Part shown: positions 25,180-38,360 of the stretch, one piece after another
Layout of the letters: each line of letters begins with the position of its first letter
Numbering within the stretch: the first letter of the stretch is position 1
DNA from: Balanoglossus misakiensis
Taxonomy: Eukaryota; Animalia; Hemichordata
DNA length: 64,000 bases
NCBI GenBank assembly: GCA_040954595.2
Contig: CM082578.2
Span: 14,552,898-14,616,897 of the forward strand
Direction of reading: 5' to 3'
The notes under the pieces: generated by a model
What the model was told of the DNA's origin: nothing
The model's input: the letters and a program-made list of their open reading frames with translations, nothing else
Database searches by the model: none
Translations under genes and position numbers: made by a program

Positions 25180-26976
25180 AATCAATCGTATTACGAATAT
25201 CGGATAAACATTAAATAACTAGCAACATGAATACTTCAAAGCTTCATATTTTCGTGCATAATGTATGGTTGAATAGAATGGTTGTTTGTGTGTTGGTGTG
25301 GTGGCTGAACTGAGTCTCGTTCACACACAAGTTTGTGGTTTCAGTCCAATCAATCAATGAAAGTTGTGTTTACAATGTAAGGTAGCGGGTAGAGTCTCTA
25401 ATTTACATACGTGTATTGTCCAAAGGGCGTATGCAAGTCTCCGACATGTGGTGGCGCACTTTTTTGCTTTGATCTTCCGCATCTCGAATATTTCGGAAGT
25501 GGAATCGTTTGATATTTAAAATGTCTTGCAAAATACGACAAAAAGCGATTCGAAATTTAAACAGCTTTATTGCAGCACGTTTGACTTGAGACACGTCAGA
25601 GCAATATTTTTCAAAAATCTCGAAGCATTTGAAAGCTCGCCGCTGATTGGTTCAAGTCACCTGGACCACCCGAACTTGCAAATTTCCTTCTCGTCATCCG
25701 GGCATTTTAGTAGAGGATGGTCACGCTGCTGTACGGAGTTAGTGCGTGTAGTGCGGAGCCTGCGTTTTGGTGCGGATGCGGAACGACCCTGAACCGTTTC
25801 CTTGCTGTAAATTCCGCGGTAAGTAAAGTAACAGAAGTAGAAACAATTACTCAATTATTGACCTGACACGCAGGTTACATCTAGGCGAGATGCGGACAGA
25901 AAAAACGCACGTTTTATACGTTACAAGTAGTCCCCGACGTTTGTCCGACGAACACTGAAAAAGGACACGCCTTAAGGTCGCACGCTGGAGTCGGTGCTGT
26001 TTTATTCCACGCTTTCGCCGATACTCAATTTGAGATTCACTTTATCAGCCTAGTCGGTGTTGTAGCTCAACGGTTTGTGGGCCTGTTGGTGTACATTCAA
26101 AACACGATATAGTTTCTCCGGAAGGGGGGGGGGGGGTCTGTGGATTGGTAGCGGAATCACGTGCGGTCAGCGTGGTTTTGAGCGACAACAAATTTCACAC
26201 ACAACATTAAACAATTGAAAAAATACGCATTGCGCAAGCTTTGAAATGCTTTATTTCGACCAGTTTGTGGTGTGCTCAAGCTTTTCTGAAAACGTACTGG
26301 TAATAACTTTAATTTCATTTCTTCATTTGGACCACGTCGTTCTTGGTGGTATTTCATGAAACATTTATTCTTTAGTGAATGTATTAGCATCCTAACTTAT
26401 GCTCCAGCTGGTCATTCAGCTCAGTGAAAAGGTTGACTTGTTTTTTGTTAACTTTTTTATATCATTTTTTTTTTCACAGAAGCCTGCTGCAAGTCGACAA
26501 TCCTGAGTGAAGACAGAGGATTAATAAGTGAGAGGTGTATACATTCTAGCCCCAGTGGAAATTTTTTTCCCATGATTTTCGTTGCAAATTCAGGATTTTT
26601 CATTTAACGTGGCCCCTTTGAAGTTTTGTTCGATTCTGGCTGGTGCCGGTAGCCAGCTCAGCGAACCGCTTTCGCCCCAAACCTGCAGAATGTTACAATA
26701 TGGATGCTATATGAACGTGACTGCTCGGTGTAGTCACAGACAAGTTCATCGGCTTTGAATGTTGTTGTGTGTGTGCGCGCATGTGTGTGTCAAGGTAAGT
26801 TGTACATGTATATTTCCGGCCATGCAACTGTGACTACATGAGGTAAGCGCCTTGTATGTTCCATGGCTGAGTGAAGAACAGTGGACTTCAATCAAGATTA
26901 ACAAGTAAGATTTAATGAACAAGCGCGTAATATATTGGGGGGTCCCTTAGGTTATTTTCCTATTCTAATTAGCCTA

Positions 26977-27170
26977 ATTACGCGGTAAATAATAATAATA
27001 TAGGTTGTGTAGGTTTTCATAAAACGTATTAACATGTAAATTAATCCGCGATATAATAATATAGGTGGTGTAGGTTTTCATAAACGAATTCACATGTAAA
27101 TTAATCCGCGATATAATAATAATAATATAGGTGGTGTAGGTTTTCATAAAAGTATTCACTGTAAATTCAA
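26977..27170. repeat. AT-rich minisatellite, ~3 copies of a 60-66 bp unit
   Basis: Repeated taatataggt(t/g)gtgtaggttttcataaa...catgtaaattaatccgcga. Confidence 0.9.
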
Positions 27171-27204
27171 CCATCACTGTGCCGAGTGGAGTACTATTCT
27201 ACGG

Positions 27205-27710
27205 CAGGCTTTTTTTGTTGCTCCGTTTCGGTTTTGGTGTAAATAACGGTCGTGGAGTGTCCGGGCGTAAATGGAAGTACTCCTGTCAGCTTTTTTTATC
27301 CGTTTTTTGGTTGTTGTTTTTTTGCTGCTCCGTTTCGGTCTTGGTGTACATAATGGTCGTGGAATGTCAGGGCGTAGATGCAAGTTCTCGTGTTGGCTTT
27401 TTTATCCGTGTTTTGCTGCTCCGTTTCGGTTTTTGTGTACATAATGGTCGTGGAATGTCAGGGCGTAGATGCAATCACTCGTGTCGGCTTTTTTCTCCGT
27501 TTTCGCTGCTCCGTTTCCAGTATTGGTGTAAACAACGGTCGTGGAGTGTCCGGACGTAGATGCAAGTACTCGTGTCGGCTTTTTCCTCCGTTTACGCTGC
27601 TCCGTTTCCGGTATTGGTGTAAACAACGGTCGTGGAGTGTCCGAGCGTAGATGCAAGTACTCGTGTCGGCTTTTTCCTCCGTTTTCGCTGCTCCGTTTCG
27701 GTTTTTTTCG
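27205..27710. repeat. Minisatellite, ~91-bp unit, ~5.5 copies
   Basis: ggtcgtggagtgtccgggcgtagatgcaagtactcgtgtcggctttt...ccgttttcgctgctccgtttc; the anchor motif recurs at 27254, 27361, 27452, 27543 and 27634. Confidence 0.95.
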
Positions 27711-28389
27711 TGACTCTGGTTCGCGAGAATGAAGATATCCAGAAGACTAGTGAACGCTACGAGTTTTTAACCAAGATCACTGAAGATGTCGAGTCTTAAA
27801 CAGGCAAGTGATACAGTAACAAATTGTTTTCATGATTTTAGTTCAAACTGTATATTTCATTGTTTTTTCTTTGGTTGTGACTGGTACCGGTACCCAGTTC
27901 GATAAACCGATTTCGCAAAAACACGCAGAATGTAACAATATCGATTCTATATGTGGATGTCATTTCAGTGTTTTAAAACCAACATGACAGCTTTGTGCAA
28001 GTTCATTTTATTTTGGCACCAACAAGTTCATGGGCAACTGAAGTTTAAACTTACCAGAGGTGTTTCAAGTACAAGGAGACATTCCATTTACACACTTAAT
28101 TTATTTTAGGGGTACCATGGATGATGCCAAGATGATTGCCAACCAGTATAGTGGATGGTCAAACATTATGTTCCATGGCCGAGTGAAGACTAAAGGTTTC
28201 AAGCAAGATTTAAAACGGTAAGAGATATATAAATTAAAAACCAAGAGATTTGGGTTCAATACTAATTGGTATAGTTACTAATTTAAGCTAAATAATTTTG
28301 CACACACACGCGGTATGTAATGGGTACTATGGGATCATAAATGTATTTACCTGTACATCAAACCGTAACTTTGCCTAGTGGAGGTACTA

Positions 28390-28750
28390 TTTTGGTGTAA
28401 ATATCGGTCGTGGAGTGTCCGGGCGTAGATGCAAGTACTCGTGTCGGCTTTTTTCTCCGTTTTCGCTGCTTCGTTCGGTTTTGGTGTAAATATCGGTCGT
28501 GGAGTGTCCGGGCGTAGATGCAAGTACTCGTGTCGGCTTTTTTCTCCGTTTTCGCTGCTTCGTTCGGTTTTGGTGTAAATATCGGTCGTGGAGTGTCCGG
28601 GCGTAGATGCAAGTACTCGTGTCGGCTTTTTTCTCCGTTTTCGCTGCTCCGTTCGGTTTTGGTGTAAACAACGGTCGTGGAGTGTCCGGACGAAGATGCA
28701 AGTACTCGTGTCGGTTTTTTTCTTCGTTTTCGCTGCTCCGTTCGGTTCTT
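28390..28750. repeat. Minisatellite, 89-bp unit, 4 copies (same family as 27205-27710)
   Basis: The anchor ggagtgtcc recurs at 28412, 28501, 28590 and 28679; the first three units are near-identical. Confidence 0.95.
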
Positions 28751-31700
28751 TTCGTGGCTCTGTTTCGCGAGAATGAAGATATCAAGAAGACTAGTGCCCG
28801 TTAGGAGTTTTCAAGCAAGATGCCGAGTCTTAACAGGCAAGTGATACAGAAATTAAATTATTTTCTTGATTTTAGTTCAAACTAAGTCTGTTTCATTTTT
28901 CCATTGATTCTGACTGGTACCGGTACCCAGTTCGGCGAACCGATTTCGCAAAAAGCACGCAGTAAGTAATAATATCGATGCTTTATGTGGATGTCATTTC
29001 AGTGTTTTAAAACCAACATGACCACTCGGTGCATTGGATGATGTCATGGATGTGCCATGGATGTGCCATGGATGTGCCATGGATGATGCCATGGATGATG
29101 CCAAGATGATTGCCAGCCATCGCCAGTATGGTGGATGCCCAAACATTACTTACTGTATGGCGTGGGAAGGCAGGAATTGTGTGGGGACATCCGTCTGAAT
29201 TCAACATGTGATCAGCTGTAAAGTTTGTAAATTCCATAAAACCAACCATTCTGGGTCTGCCCGGATGTTTTCTCGTCCTGTCCACATATCTCAAAACACA
29301 TCTACATAACTGAACGTGCACAGGGAATGGTGGTCATGTGTTCATGAACTCTCTATTAAGCCTAGTACAATAATAATCGTATTTGGACAATTCTTTGTTG
29401 TTTGATGCAGTAAAATTAACCAAGTTTACCAAGCTTGTTTTCAGATCAAACGACCTGATGAGCTGATGATGGTGTCTGGTTTCTGAGGCCAAAGTGACTT
29501 GCTCATTCCATGGCTGAGTTGAAGACTCCGGGTTTTCAGGCGTAACAAGTAAGCCCCATTAACGATTTCCATGTATGTAGTTGCAAACTTTGGGATTTTT
29601 CACTGTGGCTCTTTTGAAGATTCCTGTTCGATTCTGACTGGTGTCGGTACCCAGCTCATCAAACCACTTTTGCACAAGTCTGCAGCATGTTCATCAGTTT
29701 AGAATGCTTCCAAATGTTGTTGTTGTTGTTGTTGTGTACCTGTGTTTTAAGTTTTATATTCCAGCCATGCAACTGTAGCCGAATGGGGTAAGCGACACTG
29801 TATGTTCCATGGCTGAGTGAAGACGGTGTGGATGCTGAGGTTTCAAGAAAGACGTCCAGTCTAAACAGGCAAGTGACGTAGAAATTAAAACACCAGTAGC
29901 CAATTATTTTCATGGTTTAATTCAAACTAAGTTCCATTGCGGCCATTCTCATCATTTCCCTTCGAATCTGACTGGTGTTGTAACCCAGTTCAGCGATCCG
30001 GATTTGGAGAAACCTGTATAGTGACAATATAGGTGCTATATCAGCATGTCATTTTATTTACACGCTTTAAGTTTATTTCAGGGGCCCCATGGATGATGCT
30101 AAGATGATTGCCAGCCAGTATGGTGGATGCCCAAACATCACTGAATGGTGTGGGAAGGTAAGAATTGTAGGAAAAGAAAGTGACCCATTGTGGGATATGG
30201 ATAGGTTGTGGGGATGTCCGTCTGAATTCAACATGTGATCAGCTATAAAGTTTATAAATGCCATGTAAACAAACTCTGGATGTTTTCTTGTCCTGTCCAG
30301 ATGTCTCAAAACATCTACTTGTCCACGGGGTTGCAAGGAATACTGCCATTTGTCCATAATGTCCAGGAGCCTGTCAGTTTAGCTTAGTACAATTACAAAC
30401 TTGCATGTTGCCAAATTGAGAGTGACATTCCAAGCAACCATACAGGCATGTACCATCTGAACAACAGTTGGGTATGGGGTGATCATGAGTTGAAATTGAT
30501 TTCTATATTTGCTTGTTTTGCAGATGCAGAGACCAGTTGAACTGATAATGGTATCTATAGCAACCGAGCTGAGGCCCAAGTGACAAGTTGTTCATTACAC
30601 GGCTGAGCGACGACCAGAGGTTTTAGGGAAGGTTTATCGCGTTAGCCCCAGTAAAAAATGATTTCCATTATTGTAGTTAATTGCAAACTAAGGCTTTTTC
30701 ATTGTGGTCCTTTTGAAGATTTTTGTTCGATTCTGACTGGTGCCGGTATCCAGTTCAGTTTTGCTCGCGGATTGTTTGTCATTTTGAGTCTTGCACATTT
30801 TTGTAGTCTACATATTACTGTTTCAAAATTTTGGGATTTTAATTGCTATGAGAAATTATTTAAGCTTTTTGTCGCTGGACACAATTTTTAAATTCAAAGA
30901 CGAATTTAATGTCAACGTCCATTACTTTCACAAGTTCCAGTATCTTAAAACTTTAAAACTTCAATTTTCAATTAAACAGCATAAAATGGAACTCTATCCA
31001 TTCGTTAACTCGTGTTTGTATCATTTTATTCAACCAACACTGGCCGGACGTCGAGATGATGGAAAAAATTGGGCACTTGATTTGAAAACAAAATCTGTTT
31101 CATTGACCCTCATCAAAAAGCACTAGGTTTGCACCATTTGTAAATGCTGACATGTGTCAAATGTCTTCAAAATTTTGGCAAACGAATTCTGTTCCCTCAA
31201 TTAGCCATACCAACCATGACCTTGAACTGTGCCTTCTACTAAATGCTGAGGTGAAAGGTCACCTGTACACGTGGAAAGAAATTGCCTATATTATGAACCA
31301 GGTATGTTTTCTAAAGTTGCTGAAAACTTATCCAGTAGTTCAATAGTTGCTACAAAATCCAAAGTCCGCTGCCTCATTGAGCTTGTACCAAGTAAACAAA
31401 GTATGTATACACAGTGCAGAAGGTAAGATGGCCTAATTTCAAAACAATTGTTAAATCTGTAAATGAGGCATCAGTTTGCATATTGTGCACCCAAGTGATC
31501 AAAAGCCTGCAGAATTTAGTCTGTTTAAGATTTGCTCTTGTTGCCAAAACTAGGCATGTTCATATGCTATTTTTGTCAAAGTTTAGATGTAGCAATACCA
31601 CAGTATGACAAGTTATGGTATGAACGGCACAATACCGCGACACTTCGTCAGAGCCCTGAAGAACTAAAACGCCGCCATTTTGAATCGGCGGAAGCACAGG

Positions 31701-32825
31701 GAAATAGCATAAAGCAAATCTAAAACTATTTAATGCATTGCGATAAAAATATTTTATCCCCTGTAAATCCATTTTATGTCAAAAAAGCACAACATTAAGC
31801 TTTCTGAGTGGCCTGCTGGAACACCATTTGGATCATCCGATTGCTGATAACGGAGTTCTACGCCGCCAAGTTAAAATATGAGATTACTTTGGGTATTTAT
31901 CCCGATAATTGAAGACGTGTCTAATTTATTCGGAAGTGGTTCTGATTATTAGCAAGGTGGTTGACTTTTGATTCATCTTGAGCATATATACTACATATAT
32001 ACTGTCGGTGCAGTCTTTTTGTGGAACATTTACGGTTTAATTGAATCTAGGCTGAGAGACCAATTCTAACGCTTCGGACCGTTAGTTACAGAGTCGTTCA
32101 CTACGATCGCTCCCAAACACTCCCAATAAACAAGCAAACATTAAGTTAATCAGAATCACTGGCCCAGCTGCGTTTGCCACATGACACTATAGGAATGCTG
32201 TTCTCTGAAGAGGAGCTATTTCTGGATAATTCGTCAGTTTGAAATGAATTTGGCATCCGATAAGACATGGTATTTACCTCACATCTATTGAATTCCTAAA
32301 ATGCTCAAGAATCTCTGTAAACAGCATCGTCCGCTCGAACGGGTCGTTGGAAAACAATTTTCCTTGTGTGATTTTTACACTAGGAAAACACACCTATACA
32401 AATTTGGATGACCTGGTTCGGTGTCACTGCATTGAGGACATTACCGGTTACAGACCGGTAGTTAGGCTACGTTCAAGGAGGTCTGTGGAAATGCTAATTT
32501 ATTCTTCCTTCATCGGTCACGTTCGAACAATTTATCAAAGTTGAAGTAGGACAGCCCTGTGTAGGGGAATTTGAGGGGTTTTAAACAATGCGTAATGTCT
32601 TTGTTGTACTTTGGAACGACCGAGTTCTCCACTGGGCTGTATTAGCCTTTTGGCGACGTGCACGTCAATCATATATATGTATCCTGCTTAATGATTAACT
32701 ATGCTCTCTCCCGATACAATAAGCATTGTTAGGGAAACTGTCAAACTGAACATATTAATATATTTTTATGTTAATGGGAAACGCCATACATCCCGTTCAG
32801 CTATCTATATCATTCACGCTTAGCA

Positions 32826-32832
32826 TATAAGG
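32826..32832 (+). promoter_or_regulatory. Candidate TATA box of CLCA copy 2
   Basis: catataaggg about 43 nt upstream of the ATG at 32869. Confidence 0.35.
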
Positions 32833-32868
32833 GAATTAACCACTGTGAATCTTCATTTGATCACCAAC

Positions 32869-35800
32869 ATGGCATTGCTAAACAACTGTCTGGTTTTCTT
32901 GCTGGCCTGGAGTGTGGTCAAGATGGCTGCGGCGAATCGCAATTCGGTTATCCTGACAGACAATGTTTATTCTACTGTCTTGATTGCAATCAATGAAAAT
33001 GTACCGGAAAATCGAAGTTTGGTGGACAATATCAAGGTAAAGTACTCGGAGAAAAGTACGCTACGCCCTGTTGCATTTGTTTTGTGATTTTTTCGAGATA
33101 AGTTTTCTAAGACATGATAGATATACACTGGAAGAAATACCATCATTGTTGGAGAACATTTCCGCAACGATTCTGTGCTGTTGTTTTTCATGGGGAGACT
33201 GGAAAGTGCTTCGGCTGTGGTTGTCGTCTCTGATTATTCAACAACTGTAGGTGACAGTTGTCGGTAAAGTTTTACTTGTTGTCGACAATATCGAAATTGG
33301 CGCGAATGTCTTCGTTGTTTTTTTTCGGCCATAGATTAAAGACAATTGTCGGGGTCCCCAGCGGCCGTCCGTACCCACCGCTTTATTACTGATGGCTTCT
33401 TCTCTAACAGGATATATTTACCGAGGCTTCAGCACGTCTGTACGAAGCAACCAATCAGCGGGCCAGCTTTGGTGACATCACCATTCTAATACCGAAGACT
33501 TGGAGCGACAATATTACATCACTGAGGGCTAAAACGGAAATATACGACAATGCCAATGTCATTGTTGACCATGAACATCCAGATTATGGCGACATCCCGT
33601 ACACGAAGCAACCTTATGGGTGTGGAAGAAAGGCAGAATACATGCATTTGACTCCAAGGTGGATAGTGGACCGAGAATATTCCCAGACATACTTTGGTGA
33701 CTCAGGTAATTGCAATGTAGTAACAAGTCGAATGAATATTTGCAAATGTCAATTTAGACCAATAAACCATTTTGCGAGCTTAGTTGTTTTGGCTAATTCG
33801 AAATCACTTCTTGCGAACACAGCTTGTAATCATTGTACACCGTAATTATAAGACGAAGAAGACAACTGAAAACCATCATGATAGACGTGGTAGCCTCCAA
33901 ATGTTTCTATCCCCAAATTTATTCTTGTTATTTATATTCATTTGGGTGACCGATATCGTGTTTCTGGTTCTTTTTTGTCTGTCTTGTTTTTATTTAAAAA
34001 ATAAAATACAGAACTTAAACGTAAATTTTAGGGTTTTAGAGACTTGACGACACGAGACAGAAAACCACATGATACGTATGTGTGCACGTTAAAAACGTTA
34101 TTCATTCGATGATGTCGTACAATATTACAAATATTCTGGTATGCATAGTCGACCATCATCAACAGTCTGAAATGATTGTCAATGTCTTTTTTCAATACAC
34201 TAATGCAGGTAAAGTTATCGTTCACGAGTGGGGTCATCTACAATGGGGCCTCTTTGATGAATATCCAACGGAAGTTGACGAGCAGTTCTATGTAGACCCA
34301 AATGGCCGGGTCGAACCATCCAGGTGTTCTCTATCTATCACTGGTGTGTCTGGTGACCTAAACAACAGAGGGAAACCTTGCAACACTGATCCCGATTCTG
34401 GAATAATACCAGACCCTGGCTGTTTGTTTGTCCCAGATGAAGACAATGTTGGCACAGGATCTTACATGTATGCAAACTATCTTGACAGTGTAAGTGTTTA
34501 TATTCATTGTGGATGTATTATAAAATGACAAAATATACAAACATAACACGATTCACTGCAATCTCTATTGACAATATATGTATGCCCTGCCATACGGTTG
34601 TTGTTAAGTGTTTGGCTGAAATCTATCATCAATATGTTCAAGACTCAAATTCCCTTTGCAGGTGGTTGCGTTCTGTCATGATGACCCGGATGCTGACGTG
34701 AATTCCAAGCACAATCCTTTGGCTCTGAATAAACATAACGAACAATGCGGCTACAGAAGTGCGTGGACTGTTATGAATTCCTCAGAAGACTTTAACGGGA
34801 CAAACCCACCACAGCCAAACATGGATACCCGGCCAATATTTACAGTGGTCAGAGAAACTGAATTTCGAACAGTTTTGGTTCTTGATTTGTCCAACAGTAT
34901 GGTAACTGTAAGTAGGCCTAAGTTTGTATGGCTGTCATGGCCGATGCCTTACAACACAACATCAATAATTGTATTACAGACGATATAAAACACGCGAATT
35001 CAATTCATTTGCTGCTGTTCTATACATATACCAGAACTTTGCCTTGAGTATATTCATTGATATACATGTATATATATTATGGAAATTTGCGGGGCATCAC
35101 TAAAGAAAGGTCTTCACAGCAAACAGTGAAATATGACAATACTTTAAGCTGAATAATTGTAAATATCTTCATGTATGCATAATAATGAAAAGGTAAAACA
35201 AAGTATGTCTATATATTTTATTACGCTCTTGTTCGTATTACAGAATGACCGGGTATACGAACAACAACAGGCTGCCGCTTTATACATCGGCTCGACTCTT
35301 CCAAACAACAGTTGGGTTGGCATTGTTGAGTTTAGTGATACTGGAAGGGAAATAGCACCTCTGACACAGATTGTAGATGACCAAAGTCGGCAGGATCTGA
35401 TCGACTTGATACCAACAGCTTTAACATATGCTACTTGCATTGGGTGCGGACTGCTGACTGGAATAGAGGTAAATATATCATCGAATGTGGATGTACGCAA
35501 ATTCTATCTCCCCTCTCTATTCCACTCACACGCACACATGCACATTCTCAATATATGTTTTATTTATTTGCTCTATTATTTGATTAATTACAGGGTAATA
35601 TAATTTTCTCAGATATAACCGTGGACCACGCGTAGGTAAACTTGAATTAACAGTATTTCATGTAATATCACCCTTCTATTGAAAAGGTTCTTGAAAACAG
35701 CCAATTCGGTGACGCTGCCGGTGGAATCCTGTTCCTCACAACAGATGGCGAGGAAACTACGGCACCTTGGATCAGTGACGTCACTCCTGAATTGATAGCT

Positions 35801-38360
35801 AAAGAAGTTATCGTCGACACACTGGCATTTAGTAGTGCCGCCGACCCTGCATTAGTTCAGTTGTCAGAAGACACAGGAGGGATAGCGTGTTGGTATTCAG
35901 AGAGTGACGATTCTACAGCTGTTAACGACTGCTTCACTGCTTCAGTTACAGAAAGGACAGGTACTAGTCAAGATACCCCTGTCCAGGTAATGAAATTTCA
36001 CTTGTTATAATGGCAGGTGATTTCACCTACTATAATGGCGCCAATTACGCTATAATGGCAGATATCCAACCATGGTCCGAATCCACTGATCGGACCGTGG
36101 GTAACTCACCTCGAACACCCATACCCAGTTCAGTATACATTATCAAGATTAATCCCATCTCTGAACGACGTTAGAGACTGACCATTTATTATCATTAACA
36201 CTTGAATGTTCATATGTTTCAGCTCACAAGTTCCATTGTGAATATTGCAGCAAATGGCGACTCTTTCGATGTTGCGTACATTGACTCAACAATTGGAAAA
36301 GATACAACGTTTTCATTCTTTTGGGAGTTCGGGAAAACAACAATCGTTGTTACAGTGACATCACCTGACGGTACTGTGATTGACAGTAGCGATAGCCAAT
36401 ATCACATCGATGCCAGTACTTCCACTATCATTGTCAAAGTGGATGGAATCGCAGAGGTGTGTTGAGAATATAATTATACGAATGCACATTGTACTTGTAT
36501 GTATGTATGTATGTATGTATGTATGTATGTATGTATGTATGTATGTATGGGATGGTTGTATGGGATGGATGGATGGATGGATGGACGGACGGATGGATGG
36601 ATGGATCAAAAGGTCCTTCACCAATTGATATGCATGCATCATTTGTCGTTCTTACAGACTGGAGGCTGGACCTATACAATTCACAACCCAGACAGCACAG
36701 CTCAGGCAATAGAGATATCAATCACATCTAAAGCAAAGGATTCGTCAGCTAGCCCAATCAGACTAAGTTCTGTACCAGGTACAACTTCTGTAACTGTATC
36801 TCCACCAATGGTACCCATCTATGCTGATCTTAACCAAGGACATAGTCCTGTGCTAAACGCCGTAGTTATCGCCACCATAGAAAGACCCAGTCCTCACAGC
36901 AGTGTGGACCTACAACTATTCGACACAGGAACAGGTGAGATGGTCAAAAAAAAATTGCAGAGTCATTGTAAACGTATAGCACCAATATAATGTATAGATT
37001 TCACGATATTTCATAACCTTCTCCTTAATGTACGTATTTGTTTCAGGTGCTGACGTCACAAAAAACGACGGAGTTTATTCTGCCTACTTCATTGACTTCG
37101 TAGAGGCCACATGTACTAACGAGTGCCGGTATAATATTCAAACGATGGCAAATGATACGGATGGTATCGCTGAGATCAAAATCACTGGACATGTAGGTGC
37201 CATGCCAAGAAACTATTGTAAGTAAAGCCTTCACGTTTGCAGAAAGCTTAGTTTAACATTTTACTGGATAAACTCTATAGATGAGAGATGAGAGCAATCA
37301 CTTTGGTTATGTTAACTATTTTAGTATTGATTAGTATCTCTATTTGTTATCCACGTAATTCATTTTGACTTCAGTATTTTTGCTGAGGAAAAATTCATCC
37401 ACAACTAAGAACACACATTATTTCCACAGCTGTTATACCAAAGGAAACCGAAGGAACGCCGATCGGTGCTTTTAATAGAGTGGCGTCGGGTGGAGTCATA
37501 CAAGTGGATGACAGTGTCACCTATGTTGATTGGAGTGACCCAAATGATGATCAGTTTCCTCCATCTCGCATCGCTGATCTACAAGTGGTTGCCACTTCTG
37601 TTGACAATGCCACGGTTACATTGACATGGACTGCAACAGGCGATGACCTTGACGTTGGAACAGGTATGTGCATCTCGCTGTCACGCCTGTAAGCCAATTC
37701 CGCAAAAATCCACGATGGGTCAATTGTTCAAGGGAATGAGGCGTATTTGAATCTGTGATTAGGTCAAATATCTAATTCACTTTGATTTCCTTTACAGCAT
37801 CCGTATCTGACCTCCGCTACGACACTCAGTTTGAAGCTCTCGCCTACAATTTTGAAACCTGTTCCCAATTCACAAATGATAACCTGACAGAAGGAAATCT
37901 CACAGACCCTCTCCCAAGCGGTCAACAGGAATTGGTGACTGTAATACTGCCATCTAGCGGTCCAGGCGTCACATATTATTTCGCTATTCGAGCCATAGAT
38001 AATGCAGACAATGCCGGACAGACTTCGTTCATCGCACAGACCACTATCACCGCTGCACCACCCGCCGAAACCACAACGCAATTGCCACCGACTACAAGTA
38101 CTGAACTCACAACGATCGTCACAACAGACGCCTATGCTGAAATAGGTGGTCTGGAACCATGGGAAATTTTTCTGATCGTATTAGCATCATGTGCCTGTCT
38201 GTTGATGACAGTTGGAGTGGTGGCTGGTGCATACCTTTATTGCAAGAAGGTCAAAAGTCGGGCCAAAGTACACGACAAGCTTAGCCATGACGTATGTACT
38301 ACTGACGTAGAGATGAATCACACAAGCAGGCCAGAAGGAGACAAAACTGTGTCTGAATGA
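32869..38360 (+). CDS. CLCA: CLCA family protein, copy 2; 11 exons (approx. 32869-33036, 33411-33705, 34209-34489, 34662-34907, 35244-35468, 35687-35986, 36223-36456, 36658-36934, 37047-37217, 37430-37663, 37798-38360)
   Basis: Same exon structure and motifs as copy 1 (MALLNNCLVF signal peptide, HEWGHLQWGLFDEY, VLDLSNSM, LTTDG, FPPSRIADL, C-terminal TM). No stops or frameshifts seen in the exons. Confidence 0.96.
36497..36606. repeat. Compound microsatellite (GTAT)n then (GGAT)n in intron 7 of CLCA copy 2
   Basis: Directly visible tetranucleotide runs. Confidence 0.97.

Larger units (their letters stand above)
26470..30760. repeat. Degenerate modular macro-repeat (~1.0-1.1 kb period, 4-5 partial copies)
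   Basis: Recurring blocks: ctgactggtgccggtacccagttc (26636, 27878, 28910, 29634, 29968, 30733); ccatggctgagtgaagac (26861, 28173, 29508, 29807); atggatgatgccaagatgattgcca (28118, 29091, 30089); tccgtctgaattcaacatgtgatcagct (29190, 30217). Confidence 0.9.

Noticed and set aside
27174-28804. Overlapping ORFs on both strands
   Set aside because: They are translations of the 89-91 bp minisatellite that shift frame with each unit.
26570-30740. C/D or H/ACA snoRNAs in the modular insert
   Set aside because: No clean RUGAUGA...CUGA pair with a terminal stem, and no canonical two-hairpin H/ACA layout, could be identified by eye.
36361-36731. ORFs with repeating YIHT/MYVC/MDGW peptides
   Set aside because: Translations of intronic tetranucleotide microsatellites.
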